A stretch of DNA of 64,000 nucleotides from Bacillota bacterium (GTDB lineage: Bacteria > Bacillota > Clostridia > Christensenellales > SZUA-584): the NCBI GenBank assembly GCA_023416745.1, contig JAEZHF010000072.1:3914-67913 (forward strand). Reading direction: 5' to 3'. A program made the translations under genes and the position numbers. The notes below the pieces were generated by a model. That model saw nothing but the letters and a program-made list of their open reading frames with translations, was not told the origin of the DNA and made no database searches. Shown in pieces: positions 17,585 to 27,229 of this stretch. How positions within the stretch are numbered: the first letter of the stretch is position 1; each line of letters begins with the position of its first letter.

Positions 17585-18426
17585 AAGAGAAAACGAAGAG
17601 GAACAAACGCAGGATGCTGATTATACTGGCTGTAGTGGCCGTGGTGCTTACGGCTTTCTTTATATGGCAGAATAACGATGTCGTGATCACAGAGTTAGAG
17701 ATAGCTGACGAGAATGTGCCGCAGGCGTTCGACGGCTTTCGGATTCTGCAGGTGTCGGACCTGCAGAGCAAATCGTTCGGGCGTTCGCAGCAGCGGCTGC
17801 TTGAATTATCGTCGGCAGCCATGCCGGACATCATCGTAATCACAGGTGATCTGATGGATGGGCACAGCAAAGATATGGAGGCGGCCATGGTATTTGCGGC
17901 GCAGGCTGTGGACATCGCACCCGTCTATTATGTGTCCGGCAACCATGAATGGTTGTCCGGAAGATACGACGAATTGTGCGAAAGGCTGAAAGAGGCGGGT
18001 GTCACGGTGCTGGACAACAACCACAAGCCGCTGGAAAAAGACGATCAAGCCATTGAACTGCTGGGTTTGAAGGATTCCACGTTTGAAGGCGACGAATCAT
18101 TCAAGGAAGAATTGAAAGAGCTGGCGGGTGAAACCTCCGGTTTTCGCATACTGCTGTCTCACCATCCGGAGTATATCAATGATTACGCTGAAAGCGGGGT
18201 GAATCTGGTATTGTCAGGTCACGCGCACGGCGGGCAGATACGGTTGCCGTTTATCGGCGGACTTTTCGCGCCCGGGCAGGGCTGGTTTCCTAAGTATACC
18301 AGCGGCCTGTATGAAGTGGGGGATACGTCGCTTGTGGTGAGCCGAGGTCTTGGCAACAGTCATTTTCCGTTACGCGTTTTCAATCGCCCCGAGCTGGTGG
18401 TTGTCACGCTGCACGCCGCTGGGTGA
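17581..18426 (+). CDS. Membrane-anchored metallophosphoesterase (YkuE-like)
   Basis: GTGA start/stop overlap with the GNAT gene. N-terminal TM helix. Motifs GDLMDG, GNHE and GHAHGG. Confidence 0.8.
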   Translation: MKEKTKRNKRRMLIILAVVAVVLTAFFIWQNNDVVITELEIADENVPQAFDGFRILQVSDLQSKSFGRSQQRLLELSSAAMPDIIVITGDLMDGHSKDMEAAMVFAAQAVDIAPVYYVSGNHEWLSGRYDELCERLKEAGVTVLDNNHKPLEKDDQAIELLGLKDSTFEGDESFKEELKELAGETSGFRILLSHHPEYINDYAESGVNLVLSGHAHGGQIRLPFIGGLFAPGQGWFPKYTSGLYEVGDTSLVVSRGLGNSHFPLRVFNRPELVVVTLHAAG

Positions 18427-19029
18427 GGGCGCAGCCAGCGCCTGAATGTCGATCACACCGCAGCCCAAACGGGCGATGATTTCCGGCTCATGCAGCACCA
18501 ACAGCACCGTCTTGCCGGAGCCTGTATAAAGCCGCTCAAACAGAGAAATCAGCTCGTTTGTCAGCTCCGCGTCGAAGCCCTTGAAGGGTTCGTCCATCAC
18601 CAGCAGGTCGGCAGGGTAGCAAAAGGCCCGCGCCATCGCGACACGGCGCTGCATGCCGCCCGAGAGCTCGGCCGGCTTCTTATGCGCATGTCCGGCGAGG
18701 TCCACCGCGGCCAGCATGGAATTAATCACATTGCGCATCTCATCCCTGTTCATCACGTCCTTCAGAACAAACTCTAGGTTTTGGCGCACGTCGCACCACG
18801 GCAGCAGCCGGTCCTCCTGAAACATAAAAGACATTTTTGCCGGCACGCCGGTGATTTGACCAGAATAATCCGTATCGAGCCCCGCGATCATGCGCAGCAG
18901 CGTGGTCTTGCCGCAGCCGGAACGCCCGGTGAGCGCTACGATGCGCCCCGCGGGAATCTCCAGATTGAGATTTTCGAATATGACATGACCGTTAAACCGT
19001 TTGGTCAGCGATTCAATACGTATATTCAT
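18370..19029 (-). CDS. ABC transporter ATP-binding protein (NitT/TauT-like)
   Basis: Walker A GRSGCGKT, signature LSGGMQRR, Walker B LLVMDEPF. ATGA overlap with the upstream permease gene. Confidence 0.85.
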   Translation of the reverse strand: MNIRIESLTKRFNGHVIFENLNLEIPAGRIVALTGRSGCGKTTLLRMIAGLDTDYSGQITGVPAKMSFMFQEDRLLPWCDVRQNLEFVLKDVMNRDEMRNVINSMLAAVDLAGHAHKKPAELSGGMQRRVAMARAFCYPADLLVMDEPFKGFDAELTNELISLFERLYTGSGKTVLLVLHEPEIIARLGCGVIDIQALAAPSPSGVQRDNHQLGAIENA

Positions 19030-19784
19030 AGGCGGCCTCCCTGCGGCAGTAAGTGCTTTAAGCCCTTCTCGACGATCAGGCTGATAACGACGATGGCCAG
19101 CGTCCACGCGAACAACTCCGGTGTATTGAGATACAGCTTGGTCTCGTACAGCCGGTAACCGAGAGCATACCTCGGGCTGGACAGCACCTCCGCCGCCACC
19201 ACTGATTTCCATGAAAATCCAAGGCACATCGCCAGCGCAGAGTAGACGTGAGGGATGATGGTGGGCACGATGACGCCGGTAATGACGCGGCTGCGTTTTA
19301 CGCGGAAGACCGCCGCCATCTCCAGCAGCTGGCTGTCCACCGAGCGCAATCCGGCCAGCGTGTTGGTGTAGAATATCGGAAAGCACAGCAGAATGCAGGC
19401 GAATATGGGCACAAACGAGGATGTGAACCAAACGAGTGCCAGCACGATGACGGACATCACGGGTGTCGCCTTGGCCGCAGCCACGACGGGACGCAACAAT
19501 TGTTCTACAAAAGCAGAGTGCGAAGCAGCGAATGCCAGAAGTATGCCAAGCATCAGGGAAACGATGACGCCCACAACCACACGGTAAAGCGTGAAGGCGA
19601 CGCTCAGCCAGAATATATCCGTCACGATCAGAGCGCCCAGCGACACGAAAGTCTCCGCAGGAGACGGCATGAACAGCGGCTGGTTCACGATCATGGACGC
19701 AGCCTGCCAGACCGCCAGCCAGAACAATACTGTGAGCACGGTATAGACTATTCTTCGGCGTTTGGACAAACGGCTTATTTTCAT
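19026..19784 (-). CDS. ABC transporter permease (NitT/TauT-like)
   Basis: 252 aa with about 6 TM helices and the BPD_transp_1-type architecture. Translationally coupled to the ATPase gene. Confidence 0.8.
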   Translation of the reverse strand: MKISRLSKRRRIVYTVLTVLFWLAVWQAASMIVNQPLFMPSPAETFVSLGALIVTDIFWLSVAFTLYRVVVGVIVSLMLGILLAFAASHSAFVEQLLRPVVAAAKATPVMSVIVLALVWFTSSFVPIFACILLCFPIFYTNTLAGLRSVDSQLLEMAAVFRVKRSRVITGVIVPTIIPHVYSALAMCLGFSWKSVVAAEVLSSPRYALGYRLYETKLYLNTPELFAWTLAIVVISLIVEKGLKHLLPQGGRL

Positions 19785-19924
19785 GCATCTCCTCCCAATA
19801 GGTTAGTATGAATTATATCACAGGCCGCTATGTTCGTGTGCGCTTTTTGGACACCTGATACGACAAAATATTTGAATCAGTGCGCCGATTCATGTATGAT
19901 GGGTGACAAGGAGAATTGATAGTT

Positions 19925-22900
19925 ATGGACTTTGCGCATCTGCACCTGCATACCGAATTCAGCCTGCTGGACGGCGCGTCGCGCATTCCGGATTTGGTGG
20001 CGCGCGCCAAGACGCTGGGAATGAGCAGCATCGCGATCACGGATCACGGCGTGATGTACGGCGTGGCGGATTTCTACCGCAAGGCGAAAGATGCCGGTAT
20101 AAAGCCGATCATTGGCTGCGAGGTGTACGTTGCTCCCGGAAAGCTGTCGGATAAGACGCGCGAGATGAAGGAATATTCTCACCTTGTGCTGCTGGCGAAG
20201 AACAATGCGGGTTACCAGAACCTGATGCGCCTGTCATCCATCGGCTTCACGGAAGGGTTTTACCACAAACCGCGCATCGACTACGATGTGCTGGAGCGGT
20301 ACAAGGACGGCCTCGTGTGCCTGTCTGCCTGCCTTGCGGGCGACTTGCCGCGCATGATCATGGCGGGGGACCGCGAAGGAGCGGAGCGGCTGGCGAAGCG
20401 GCTGCTGGCTATGTTCGGCGAGGACTTCTATCTGGAGCTGCAGGATCACTATCTGCCGGAGCAGCGCATGGTGAATACGGCGCTCATCGACATGGCTAAA
20501 GCGCTGTCCATACCGCTGGTGGCCACCAACGACGTGCACTACACCGCTAAAGAGGACGCGGAGGCGCAAGACGTGCTGCTTTGCATCCAGACGCGTGCAT
20601 TCGTAGACGACGAGGACCGTATGAAGTTCGGCTCCGAGGAGTTCTATCTGAAGAGCGCCGAGGAGATGGCGCAGCTGTTCCCGCACGTGCCCGAAGCTCT
20701 TCATAATACGCTGGAGATTGCCGCGAAGTGCAACGTCACGATGGACTTTTGCGCGCGGCACCTGCCGGTGTTCGATGTACCGGACGGCGGCAATCATGCG
20801 GAATACTTAAAGCGCATATGCCTGGACGGCCTCGCGGAGCGATACGACCCCGTAACGGATCAGCTGAAAGAACGGCTGGAATTTGAGCTTGGCGTCATTG
20901 AGAACATGGGCTTCACCGACTACTTCCTGATCGTGTGGGACTTCATCAAATTCGCGCGGGATAACGGTATCATGGTGGGGCCGGGGCGCGGCAGCGCGGC
21001 AGGCAGCATCGCGGCCTATGCGCTGTACATCACCAATATAGATCCCATCGAATATTCGCTGTTCTTTGAACGGTTTCTCAATCCGGAGCGCATCAGTATG
21101 CCGGATATCGATATCGACTTCTGCATTGAGCGTCGGCAGGAGGTCATCGACTACGTCGTGAAGAAATACGGCGCGGACAGGGTGGCACAGATCATCACTT
21201 TCGGAACGCTGGGGGCCAAACAGGCGATCCGGGACGTGGCGCGGGCACTCAAGCTGCCGCTGGCGGACGCCGACCGCATCGCCAAGATGGTGCCGTTTGC
21301 GCTCAAGATGACGATACAGCGGGCGATGGACGAAAACCCGCGCCTGAAAAACGAGTATCTATCCAATCCGGACATCAAAAAGCTGCTGGACACTGCAATG
21401 AAGCTGGAGGGCATATCCCGCCATGCGTCCACGCACGCAGCGGGCGTGGTGATCTCCCGCCTGCCCGTCACCGAACACGTGCCGCTGCAGATCAACCCGC
21501 GCGATGGCAGCGTGATCACGCAGTTCCCGATGAACACGCTGGAAAGCCTCGGACTATTAAAGATGGACTTTCTCGGTCTGCGCAACCTGACGGTGATCCG
21601 CCATGCCATGGAGATGATCGAAAAGGCGCATAGCGTGAGGATAGAGCTGGACAAGCTCAAGTACAATGACCCCAAGGTGTTCGAGCTGATTGCCTCGGGA
21701 GACACGGACGGCATATTCCAGCTGGAAAGCCCGGGTATGCGCGCGCTGATGCAGCGTCTGCGCCCGCGCAACCTCAATGATATCGCCGTGGGCATATCAC
21801 TTTACCGCCCCGGCCCGATGGATTCGATACCGGCGTATTTGGACGCGCGCTTCCATCCGGAGAAGGTCTCCTACATGCACCCGCGTCTGAAACGCATACT
21901 GGAGGATACGCACGGCTGCATGGTGTATCAGGAGCAGGTGATGGAGATCGTGCGGGATCTGGCTGGCTATTCGCTGGGCCGCAGCGACCTGGTGCGCCGC
22001 GCGATGGGCAAGAAGAAAAAAGACGTGATGGAGAACGAGCGACGCATCTTCATCCATGGCGACGAAGCGATAGGCGTGCCCGGCGCGGTGAAACGCGGCG
22101 TGCCCGCGCACACGGCGGAGGCGATATTCGCGCAGATGGTGGACTTCGCCGAATATGCGTTCAATAAGTCCCACGCGTGCGCCTATGCCGTCATCGCGTA
22201 CTACACGGCCTACTTCAAGTGCTATTACAAGGTGGAATATCTGACGGCGCTGCTGAACAGCCTGATCGGCGCGTCGGATAAGATATCCGCCTATATTCAA
22301 TACTGCGTCAGCAGTGGCATTCCGGTATTGACGCCCGACATCAACCGCTCGCAGTTCATGTTCGCGCCCGAGGGCGGCAGCATCCGCTTCGGCTTCGCGG
22401 CCATCCGTGACGTGGGGCGGGCGGCGGAGGACATCGAGAAGGAGCGCGAGGCGGGCGGTCCGTTCACCAGCTTCCGCAACTTCATCAACCGCACCGCGGT
22501 GTTCATCAACCGCAAGCTGCTGGAAGGACTGATACTCGCGGGCTGCTTCGACAGTCTGGGGTTAAAGCGCGCGCAGCTGTCCGCCGTGGCCGATCGTGTG
22601 CTGAAGACAGCGCAGGACGCCAAGCGCAAGAATGTTGAGGGACAAGTGTCGCTGTTTGACGCGATGCCGGCGGCGAATGCGGGCGATGCCGACGACTTTA
22701 CGGATATTCCCGAATACGCCAAGGACAAGATGCTCGCGATGGAGAAGCTGGCGACGGGCGTGTACCTCTCCGGCCATCCGCTGGAGCGCTTCAAGGAGGA
22801 CATGGAGGGGCGTGACGTCAACATATTCAAGGTGATGTCCGCCGCTGACGACGCGGAAGCGGCAAAGTATTATGAAGCGCGTATCGTGGAGCTGGTGGGC

Positions 22901-23368
22901 ATCTTAAGCGGCGTCAAGAAGCGCTCAACTAAGCTCAAGAAGATGATGGCCAACGCTTATCTGGAAGACCTGTACGGCACCATCGAGCTGGTCATATTCC
23001 CCAGCGTCTACAGCCGTGTCGAACCGTTGCTGGTGGACGACACCATCGTGATGGTGACAGGCAAGGTGGAGGTGCGCGAAGGGGAAGCGCCCTCGCTGAT
23101 GGTGGAGTCGGTGCAGCCGTACGCCCGGCCCGACGCCAAATACGCTGGCAAATGCCTGTACGTCAAGGTGCCTAAATTCTTGGGCGAAGATATGGCCGGA
23201 CTGCGCCGCATACTGCGCTCATCTCCCGGCAAAGAGTGTGTGATGGTGAAGTTCGAGGAGACGGGCAAAGCGATCAAGACGAGCGGCGCTCTGGGCGTGA
23301 CATTGACGGACACGCTGGTGAGCGGATTGAAGTCGGCTTACGGGGACGACAACGTGGTTATCCAGTAA
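19925..23368 (+). CDS. dnaE: DNA polymerase III alpha subunit (DnaE type)
   Basis: SD AAGGAG upstream. PHP-domain start MDFAHLHLHTEFSLLDG. About 1147 aa. Confidence 0.95.
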   Translation: MDFAHLHLHTEFSLLDGASRIPDLVARAKTLGMSSIAITDHGVMYGVADFYRKAKDAGIKPIIGCEVYVAPGKLSDKTREMKEYSHLVLLAKNNAGYQNLMRLSSIGFTEGFYHKPRIDYDVLERYKDGLVCLSACLAGDLPRMIMAGDREGAERLAKRLLAMFGEDFYLELQDHYLPEQRMVNTALIDMAKALSIPLVATNDVHYTAKEDAEAQDVLLCIQTRAFVDDEDRMKFGSEEFYLKSAEEMAQLFPHVPEALHNTLEIAAKCNVTMDFCARHLPVFDVPDGGNHAEYLKRICLDGLAERYDPVTDQLKERLEFELGVIENMGFTDYFLIVWDFIKFARDNGIMVGPGRGSAAGSIAAYALYITNIDPIEYSLFFERFLNPERISMPDIDIDFCIERRQEVIDYVVKKYGADRVAQIITFGTLGAKQAIRDVARALKLPLADADRIAKMVPFALKMTIQRAMDENPRLKNEYLSNPDIKKLLDTAMKLEGISRHASTHAAGVVISRLPVTEHVPLQINPRDGSVITQFPMNTLESLGLLKMDFLGLRNLTVIRHAMEMIEKAHSVRIELDKLKYNDPKVFELIASGDTDGIFQLESPGMRALMQRLRPRNLNDIAVGISLYRPGPMDSIPAYLDARFHPEKVSYMHPRLKRILEDTHGCMVYQEQVMEIVRDLAGYSLGRSDLVRRAMGKKKKDVMENERRIFIHGDEAIGVPGAVKRGVPAHTAEAIFAQMVDFAEYAFNKSHACAYAVIAYYTAYFKCYYKVEYLTALLNSLIGASDKISAYIQYCVSSGIPVLTPDINRSQFMFAPEGGSIRFGFAAIRDVGRAAEDIEKEREAGGPFTSFRNFINRTAVFINRKLLEGLILAGCFDSLGLKRAQLSAVADRVLKTAQDAKRKNVEGQVSLFDAMPAANAGDADDFTDIPEYAKDKMLAMEKLATGVYLSGHPLERFKEDMEGRDVNIFKVMSAADDAEAAKYYEARIVELVGILSGVKKRSTKLKKMMANAYLEDLYGTIELVIFPSVYSRVEPLLVDDTIVMVTGKVEVREGEAPSLMVESVQPYARPDAKYAGKCLYVKVPKFLGEDMAGLRRILRSSPGKECVMVKFEETGKAIKTSGALGVTLTDTLVSGLKSAYGDDNVVIQ

Positions 23369-23389
23369 ACAAAGGCACCAGGGGGAAGC

Positions 23390-25192
23390 GTGAAGAAGGA
23401 ACTGCTGCTCAAAAAGCATTTCGGATATGCGGAATTTCTGCCGGGTCAGAAGGACCTGGTCGACCACATCTGCCAAGGCGAGGACGCGCTGGGTATCATG
23501 CCCACGGGCGGCGGCAAGTCCATGTGCTATCAGCTGCCCGCGATGATATTTGAAGGTGTCACGCTGGTGGTCTCACCGCTGATCTCGCTGATGAAGGATC
23601 AGGTGCAGGCAATGGCGGAGGACAATATTCCCGCAGCCTATATCAACTCCGCACTGTCCGAAGCGCAAACGAAGAAGGCATTCCAGTTCGCACGGGAAGG
23701 CCGGTACAAGATCATATACGTCGCGCCGGAAAGGCTGAACACAACGGGCTTCAGCCAACTGGCGCGTGAGATAAACATATCGCTGGTGGCGGTGGATGAG
23801 GCGCACTGTGTCTCCCAGTGGGGGCAGAACTTTCGTCCCAGCTACCTCGCTGTCAGGGCGTTCATCGACGGACTGCCCAAAAGGCCGGTGGTTGCCGCTT
23901 TCACAGCGACGGCCACCAAAAGGGTGCGGGAAGACATCGTGTCGCTGCTGGGGCTTCGCAATCCGTTCGTGATGGTGACGGGTTTCGATCGCGCGAACCT
24001 GTATTTTGATGTGCGTACCCCCAAGGACAGGCTCTCGGCGGTGGCGAACCATGTCGCCGCAAACCCCGAAAAAAGCGGCATCATCTACTGCCTCACGCGC
24101 AAGGACGTGGAGATGGTATGCGCGTTCCTTTGTGCAAAGGGCGTTGCCGCGACGCGCTACCACGGAGGACTGGAGACTGAGGAGCGCAGCGCGAATCAGG
24201 AGGACTTCATCTACGACCGCAAGCCGGTGATGGTGGCGACCAATGCGTTCGGCATGGGCATCGACAAGAGCAACGTGTCGTACGTGCTGCACTATGGCAT
24301 GCCCAAGGATATTGAAAGCTACTATCAGGAAGCGGGCCGAGCCGGACGGGATGGCATGGACGCCGAGTGCATCCTCTTTTTCAGCCGCAAAGACATACTG
24401 ACCAACCAGTTTCTCATCAACAACCGTGAGGACAACAAGGAGCTGGATGCCGAAACGCTGGAGCGTATCCGGGCGCATGAACACCGCCGCCTCAAACGGA
24501 TGACACAGTACGCCGCGACGACAGAATGTTTGAGGAAGTATATCGTTGACTACTTCGGGGAGAGCCTGCCGGACGGCTGCGGGTGTTGCGGCAACTGCGA
24601 TGCGGATTTTGAGGAAACGGACGTCACCGAGCGCGCGCAGATCATCATGTCGTGCATCCACCGCATGGGGAACAAGTACGGCGTTAAGATGGTAGTGGAT
24701 ACGCTGCTGGGACGTAAGAACGAGAAGGTGCGCCAACTGGGTCTGGATGCCGTCAAGACATACGGGCGGCTGAAAGGCGCGGATGAGGATAGTATACGAT
24801 CCATCATCGATCACCTTGCGCTGCATGGATATATCGAGCAGACGGATGACGAATACCCGGTGCTGAGGCTGTCTGTCCGAGCCCGCCGGGTGCTGCTGGA
24901 CGGCGAAACGGTGCTGATGCGGCAAAAGCAGACGGCAGAAGTAAAAGCCGGGCACGATGAACCAGCGGACAGGCAGCTGCTGAATGCCTTGAAGGAGTTG
25001 CGTTTGGCAATTGCCAACGAAAAGCAGGTGCCCGCTTTCGTGGTGTTCTCGGACGCGACGCTGGCCGACATGTGCCATAAAAAGCCTGAAAACAGGGAGG
25101 ATTTTCTATCTGTTTCGGGTGTTGGGCCTGCCAAGCTCGCCCAGTACGGTGACGCCTTTTTGAGAAGTATACGAGGGCACGCCCAACGGTAA
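23390..25192 (+). CDS. recQ: ATP-dependent DNA helicase RecQ
   Basis: Motif I MPTGGGKS and a DEAH box (VDEAHCVSQWG). Zn-binding Cys cluster (CGCCGNC). C-terminal HRDC-like region. Confidence 0.9.
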   Translation: MKKELLLKKHFGYAEFLPGQKDLVDHICQGEDALGIMPTGGGKSMCYQLPAMIFEGVTLVVSPLISLMKDQVQAMAEDNIPAAYINSALSEAQTKKAFQFAREGRYKIIYVAPERLNTTGFSQLAREINISLVAVDEAHCVSQWGQNFRPSYLAVRAFIDGLPKRPVVAAFTATATKRVREDIVSLLGLRNPFVMVTGFDRANLYFDVRTPKDRLSAVANHVAANPEKSGIIYCLTRKDVEMVCAFLCAKGVAATRYHGGLETEERSANQEDFIYDRKPVMVATNAFGMGIDKSNVSYVLHYGMPKDIESYYQEAGRAGRDGMDAECILFFSRKDILTNQFLINNREDNKELDAETLERIRAHEHRRLKRMTQYAATTECLRKYIVDYFGESLPDGCGCCGNCDADFEETDVTERAQIIMSCIHRMGNKYGVKMVVDTLLGRKNEKVRQLGLDAVKTYGRLKGADEDSIRSIIDHLALHGYIEQTDDEYPVLRLSVRARRVLLDGETVLMRQKQTAEVKAGHDEPADRQLLNALKELRLAIANEKQVPAFVVFSDATLADMCHKKPENREDFLSVSGVGPAKLAQYGDAFLRSIRGHAQR

Positions 25193-25233
25193 TGCGGGCA
25201 CTCCCGATGAATGACAAAAAAATAGAGCGTCTA

Positions 25234-25262
25234 TTGAAGATAAACGGTAAATATGGTACGAT
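25234..25262 (+). promoter_or_regulatory. Candidate promoter of the mtrB operon
   Basis: TTGAAG, 17 nt, TGgTACGAT (extended -10). Confidence 0.35.
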
Positions 25263-25288
25263 ATCACCAAAAGAAGCGGAGATAGAAA

Positions 25289-25531
25289 ATGGAACCGGAA
25301 AAGAACCTGAATCAGGACTATATAGTTATCAAGGCGCTGGAGGACGGCGTCAATATCATCGGTATGACGCGGGGCCGCGACACCAAGTTTCATCATACGG
25401 AGAAGCTGGACGGCGGCGAGGTGATGATTGCGCAGTTCACGGAAAACACCTCGGCGATCAAAATACGCGGCCGTGCCGAGATTTTTACTGCGTACGGTGT
25501 TGTAAATTCCGGCAAGTCAAACAGCCGATAA
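25289..25531 (+). CDS. mtrB: trp RNA-binding attenuation protein (TRAP)
   Basis: 80 aa. [53 protein letters not shown] is near-collinear with Bacillus subtilis TRAP as I recall it. The EKLD and K-x-R RNA-contact segments are present. Confidence 0.85.
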   Translation: MEPEKNLNQDYIVIKALEDGVNIIGMTRGRDTKFHHTEKLDGGEVMIAQFTENTSAIKIRGRAEIFTAYGVVNSGKSNSR

Positions 25532-25540
25532 AGAGGTCTT

Positions 25541-25747
25541 GTGCATATGTGGTTGGTGGTGGGTATGGCAGGTTCAAAAAAAGCGGCGGTGACGATGCAA
25601 AGGACGCTGGAATCCGAAAGCATACTCGTTAAACTCCGCAATGTGTCGTCCAAAGCCAAGGACGGCGGCGATACATATGAGATTCTGGTGCTGGAGTCTG
25701 AGGCGACCCAAGCCAGAGAGATATTGCTGGAACATGGGCTGTCATGA
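25541..25747 (+). CDS. Small protein (about 60-68 aa), possibly DUF2007-like
   Basis: It starts 10-16 nt after the mtrB stop (GTG 25541 or ATG 25547). The alpha/beta-like pattern ...ILVKLRN...YEILVLESEATQAREIL resembles the putative signal-transducing DUF2007 fold. Confidence 0.4.
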   Translation: MHMWLVVGMAGSKKAAVTMQRTLESESILVKLRNVSSKAKDGGDTYEILVLESEATQAREILLEHGLS

Positions 25748-25769
25748 TTTTTTTGGGGGGGTGTCGTTA

Positions 25770-26195
25770 ATGAAAACGGTGGAATGCAAGATTCGCGTGC
25801 GCTATTCCGATACCGGACGTCAGGGTTACGCGCATCACGCCCATTTTTTCAACTGGTTCGATATCGGCCTGGAAGAGATTATCAAGCTTTGCGGATCAAG
25901 TTACGGTGAGATTGAGGAACTGGGATATATGCTCGCGCCCATCTCCGACTCATGCAAATACTATCATCCGGCCAGCTACAACGACGAACTGACCGTTCGC
26001 GTGAATGTGGCAGATTTAAGCGGCGTCAAGATCAAATTCGCGTACGAGGTGATAAGAGAAAAGGACGCGAAGCTGATAGCCAAGGGCACAACGGATCACG
26101 TTTTCGTGGATCAAAAATTTAAGCCATATTCACTCAAGCGCATCATGCCGCGGCTTTTCGCAATGCTGCAGGAAATGAGGCAGCCGGAAATATAA
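25770..26195 (+). CDS. Acyl-CoA thioesterase, 4HBT/YbgC hotdog family
   Basis: 141 aa. RVRYSDTGRQGYAHHAHFFNWF is typical of the YbgC/YbaW family. Confidence 0.75.
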   Translation: MKTVECKIRVRYSDTGRQGYAHHAHFFNWFDIGLEEIIKLCGSSYGEIEELGYMLAPISDSCKYYHPASYNDELTVRVNVADLSGVKIKFAYEVIREKDAKLIAKGTTDHVFVDQKFKPYSLKRIMPRLFAMLQEMRQPEI

Positions 26196-26238
26196 AAACC
26201 CCGCGGTTCATTTGAACAGCAGGGGTCTGTTGCTAGCA

Positions 26239-26271
26239 AGAGCCTGTGAAAAATCGCAGGCTCTTTATTTT
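26239..26271 (+). terminator. Intrinsic terminator of the mtrB operon
   Basis: AGAGCCTG (26239-26246) pairs with CAGGCTCT (26257-26264), followed by TTATTTT. Confidence 0.7.
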
Positions 26272-26275
26272 CGCA

Positions 26276-27076
26276 TTACAGCTCCTTTAACCTTTCAAGC
26301 AGCGCATCGACGCCACTGTACAACAGGTGCGGCTTTGCATCGCTGGCGTCGATATCCGCCTGCGTCATCTCGCCTGACAGCACGCCGATGGCGCACATAC
26401 CGTTGTTCAGCGCGACCATCATGTCGGTGTACAGCCGGTCGCCCACCACAGCAATTTTCTCTGCCGGAACGCCGGTATATTCAACGATGTATTCGGCGGT
26501 CTCGGGAAAAGGCTTGCCGAGGTATTTGGGCTCGCGTCCGGTGGCATGGGTCAGCATCGCGCAGATGCTGGCACAGTCGGGCAGCACCTTGCCTCCTTCC
26601 AGCGGGCACACGGCGTCGATGTTGGTCGCGAGGAACGGGATACCCTCACGCAGCAGTTCCACAGCGCGGGTTGCTTTTTTAAAGTCGTATGTGGTATCAA
26701 AACCCACCAGCACACAGTCCGGCGAGCGCGTGTCGGAAACATCGAAGCCCGCATCGGAGAGTTGGGTCAGCAGTGACGGCGTGCCCACTGCGTAAACAAT
26801 GGCATTCTTACCGTGGATTTTCCGGATATATGAAATTGCCACATGCGCTGAGGTGATGATGCTGCCAAGAGCATAATCTCCAAAGCCCAGGTTTTTTAGC
26901 TTTTCAATATAATCATCGGGCGACTTGGATGAATTGTTGGTGAAAAATAAATAGGGGATACGAACCGAGTCCAAATAGTCAAGAAATTCACGTGCGCCCG
27001 GCAGCTCCTGGTTGCCCAAGTATATGGTCCCATCCATATCAAGTATATAACAATCAATGTCTTTAAGCTGTTGCAT
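26276..27076 (-). CDS. HAD-IIA family hydrolase (NagD-like sugar phosphatase)
   Basis: SD AGGAGA lies upstream of ATG 27076. DMDGTIYLG motif I, FFTNNSS motif II and a C-terminal GDRLYTD. Confidence 0.8.
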   Translation of the reverse strand: MQQLKDIDCYILDMDGTIYLGNQELPGAREFLDYLDSVRIPYLFFTNNSSKSPDDYIEKLKNLGFGDYALGSIITSAHVAISYIRKIHGKNAIVYAVGTPSLLTQLSDAGFDVSDTRSPDCVLVGFDTTYDFKKATRAVELLREGIPFLATNIDAVCPLEGGKVLPDCASICAMLTHATGREPKYLGKPFPETAEYIVEYTGVPAEKIAVVGDRLYTDMMVALNNGMCAIGVLSGEMTQADIDASDAKPHLLYSGVDALLERLKEL

Positions 27077-27229
27077 GCTAATCTCCTGTTGATAAACGTT
27101 TCCGTGTGATTGTATCAAATCAATCCGGCATTAACAATAGTTAATCCAGATTCACCTATATGCTTCGTGTTATGCATGTGCTAAAATATAGTATAAGCAA
27201 TATTGGAATATTGGAAAGGAATACGAGGA

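Noticed and set aside
18370-19788. A single 472-aa minus-strand ORF spanning the ABC region.
   Set aside because: Its N-terminal 250 aa are a low-complexity, out-of-frame read of the permease gene. The real organisation is permease (19026-19784) plus ATPase (18370-19029), coupled by an ATGA overlap.
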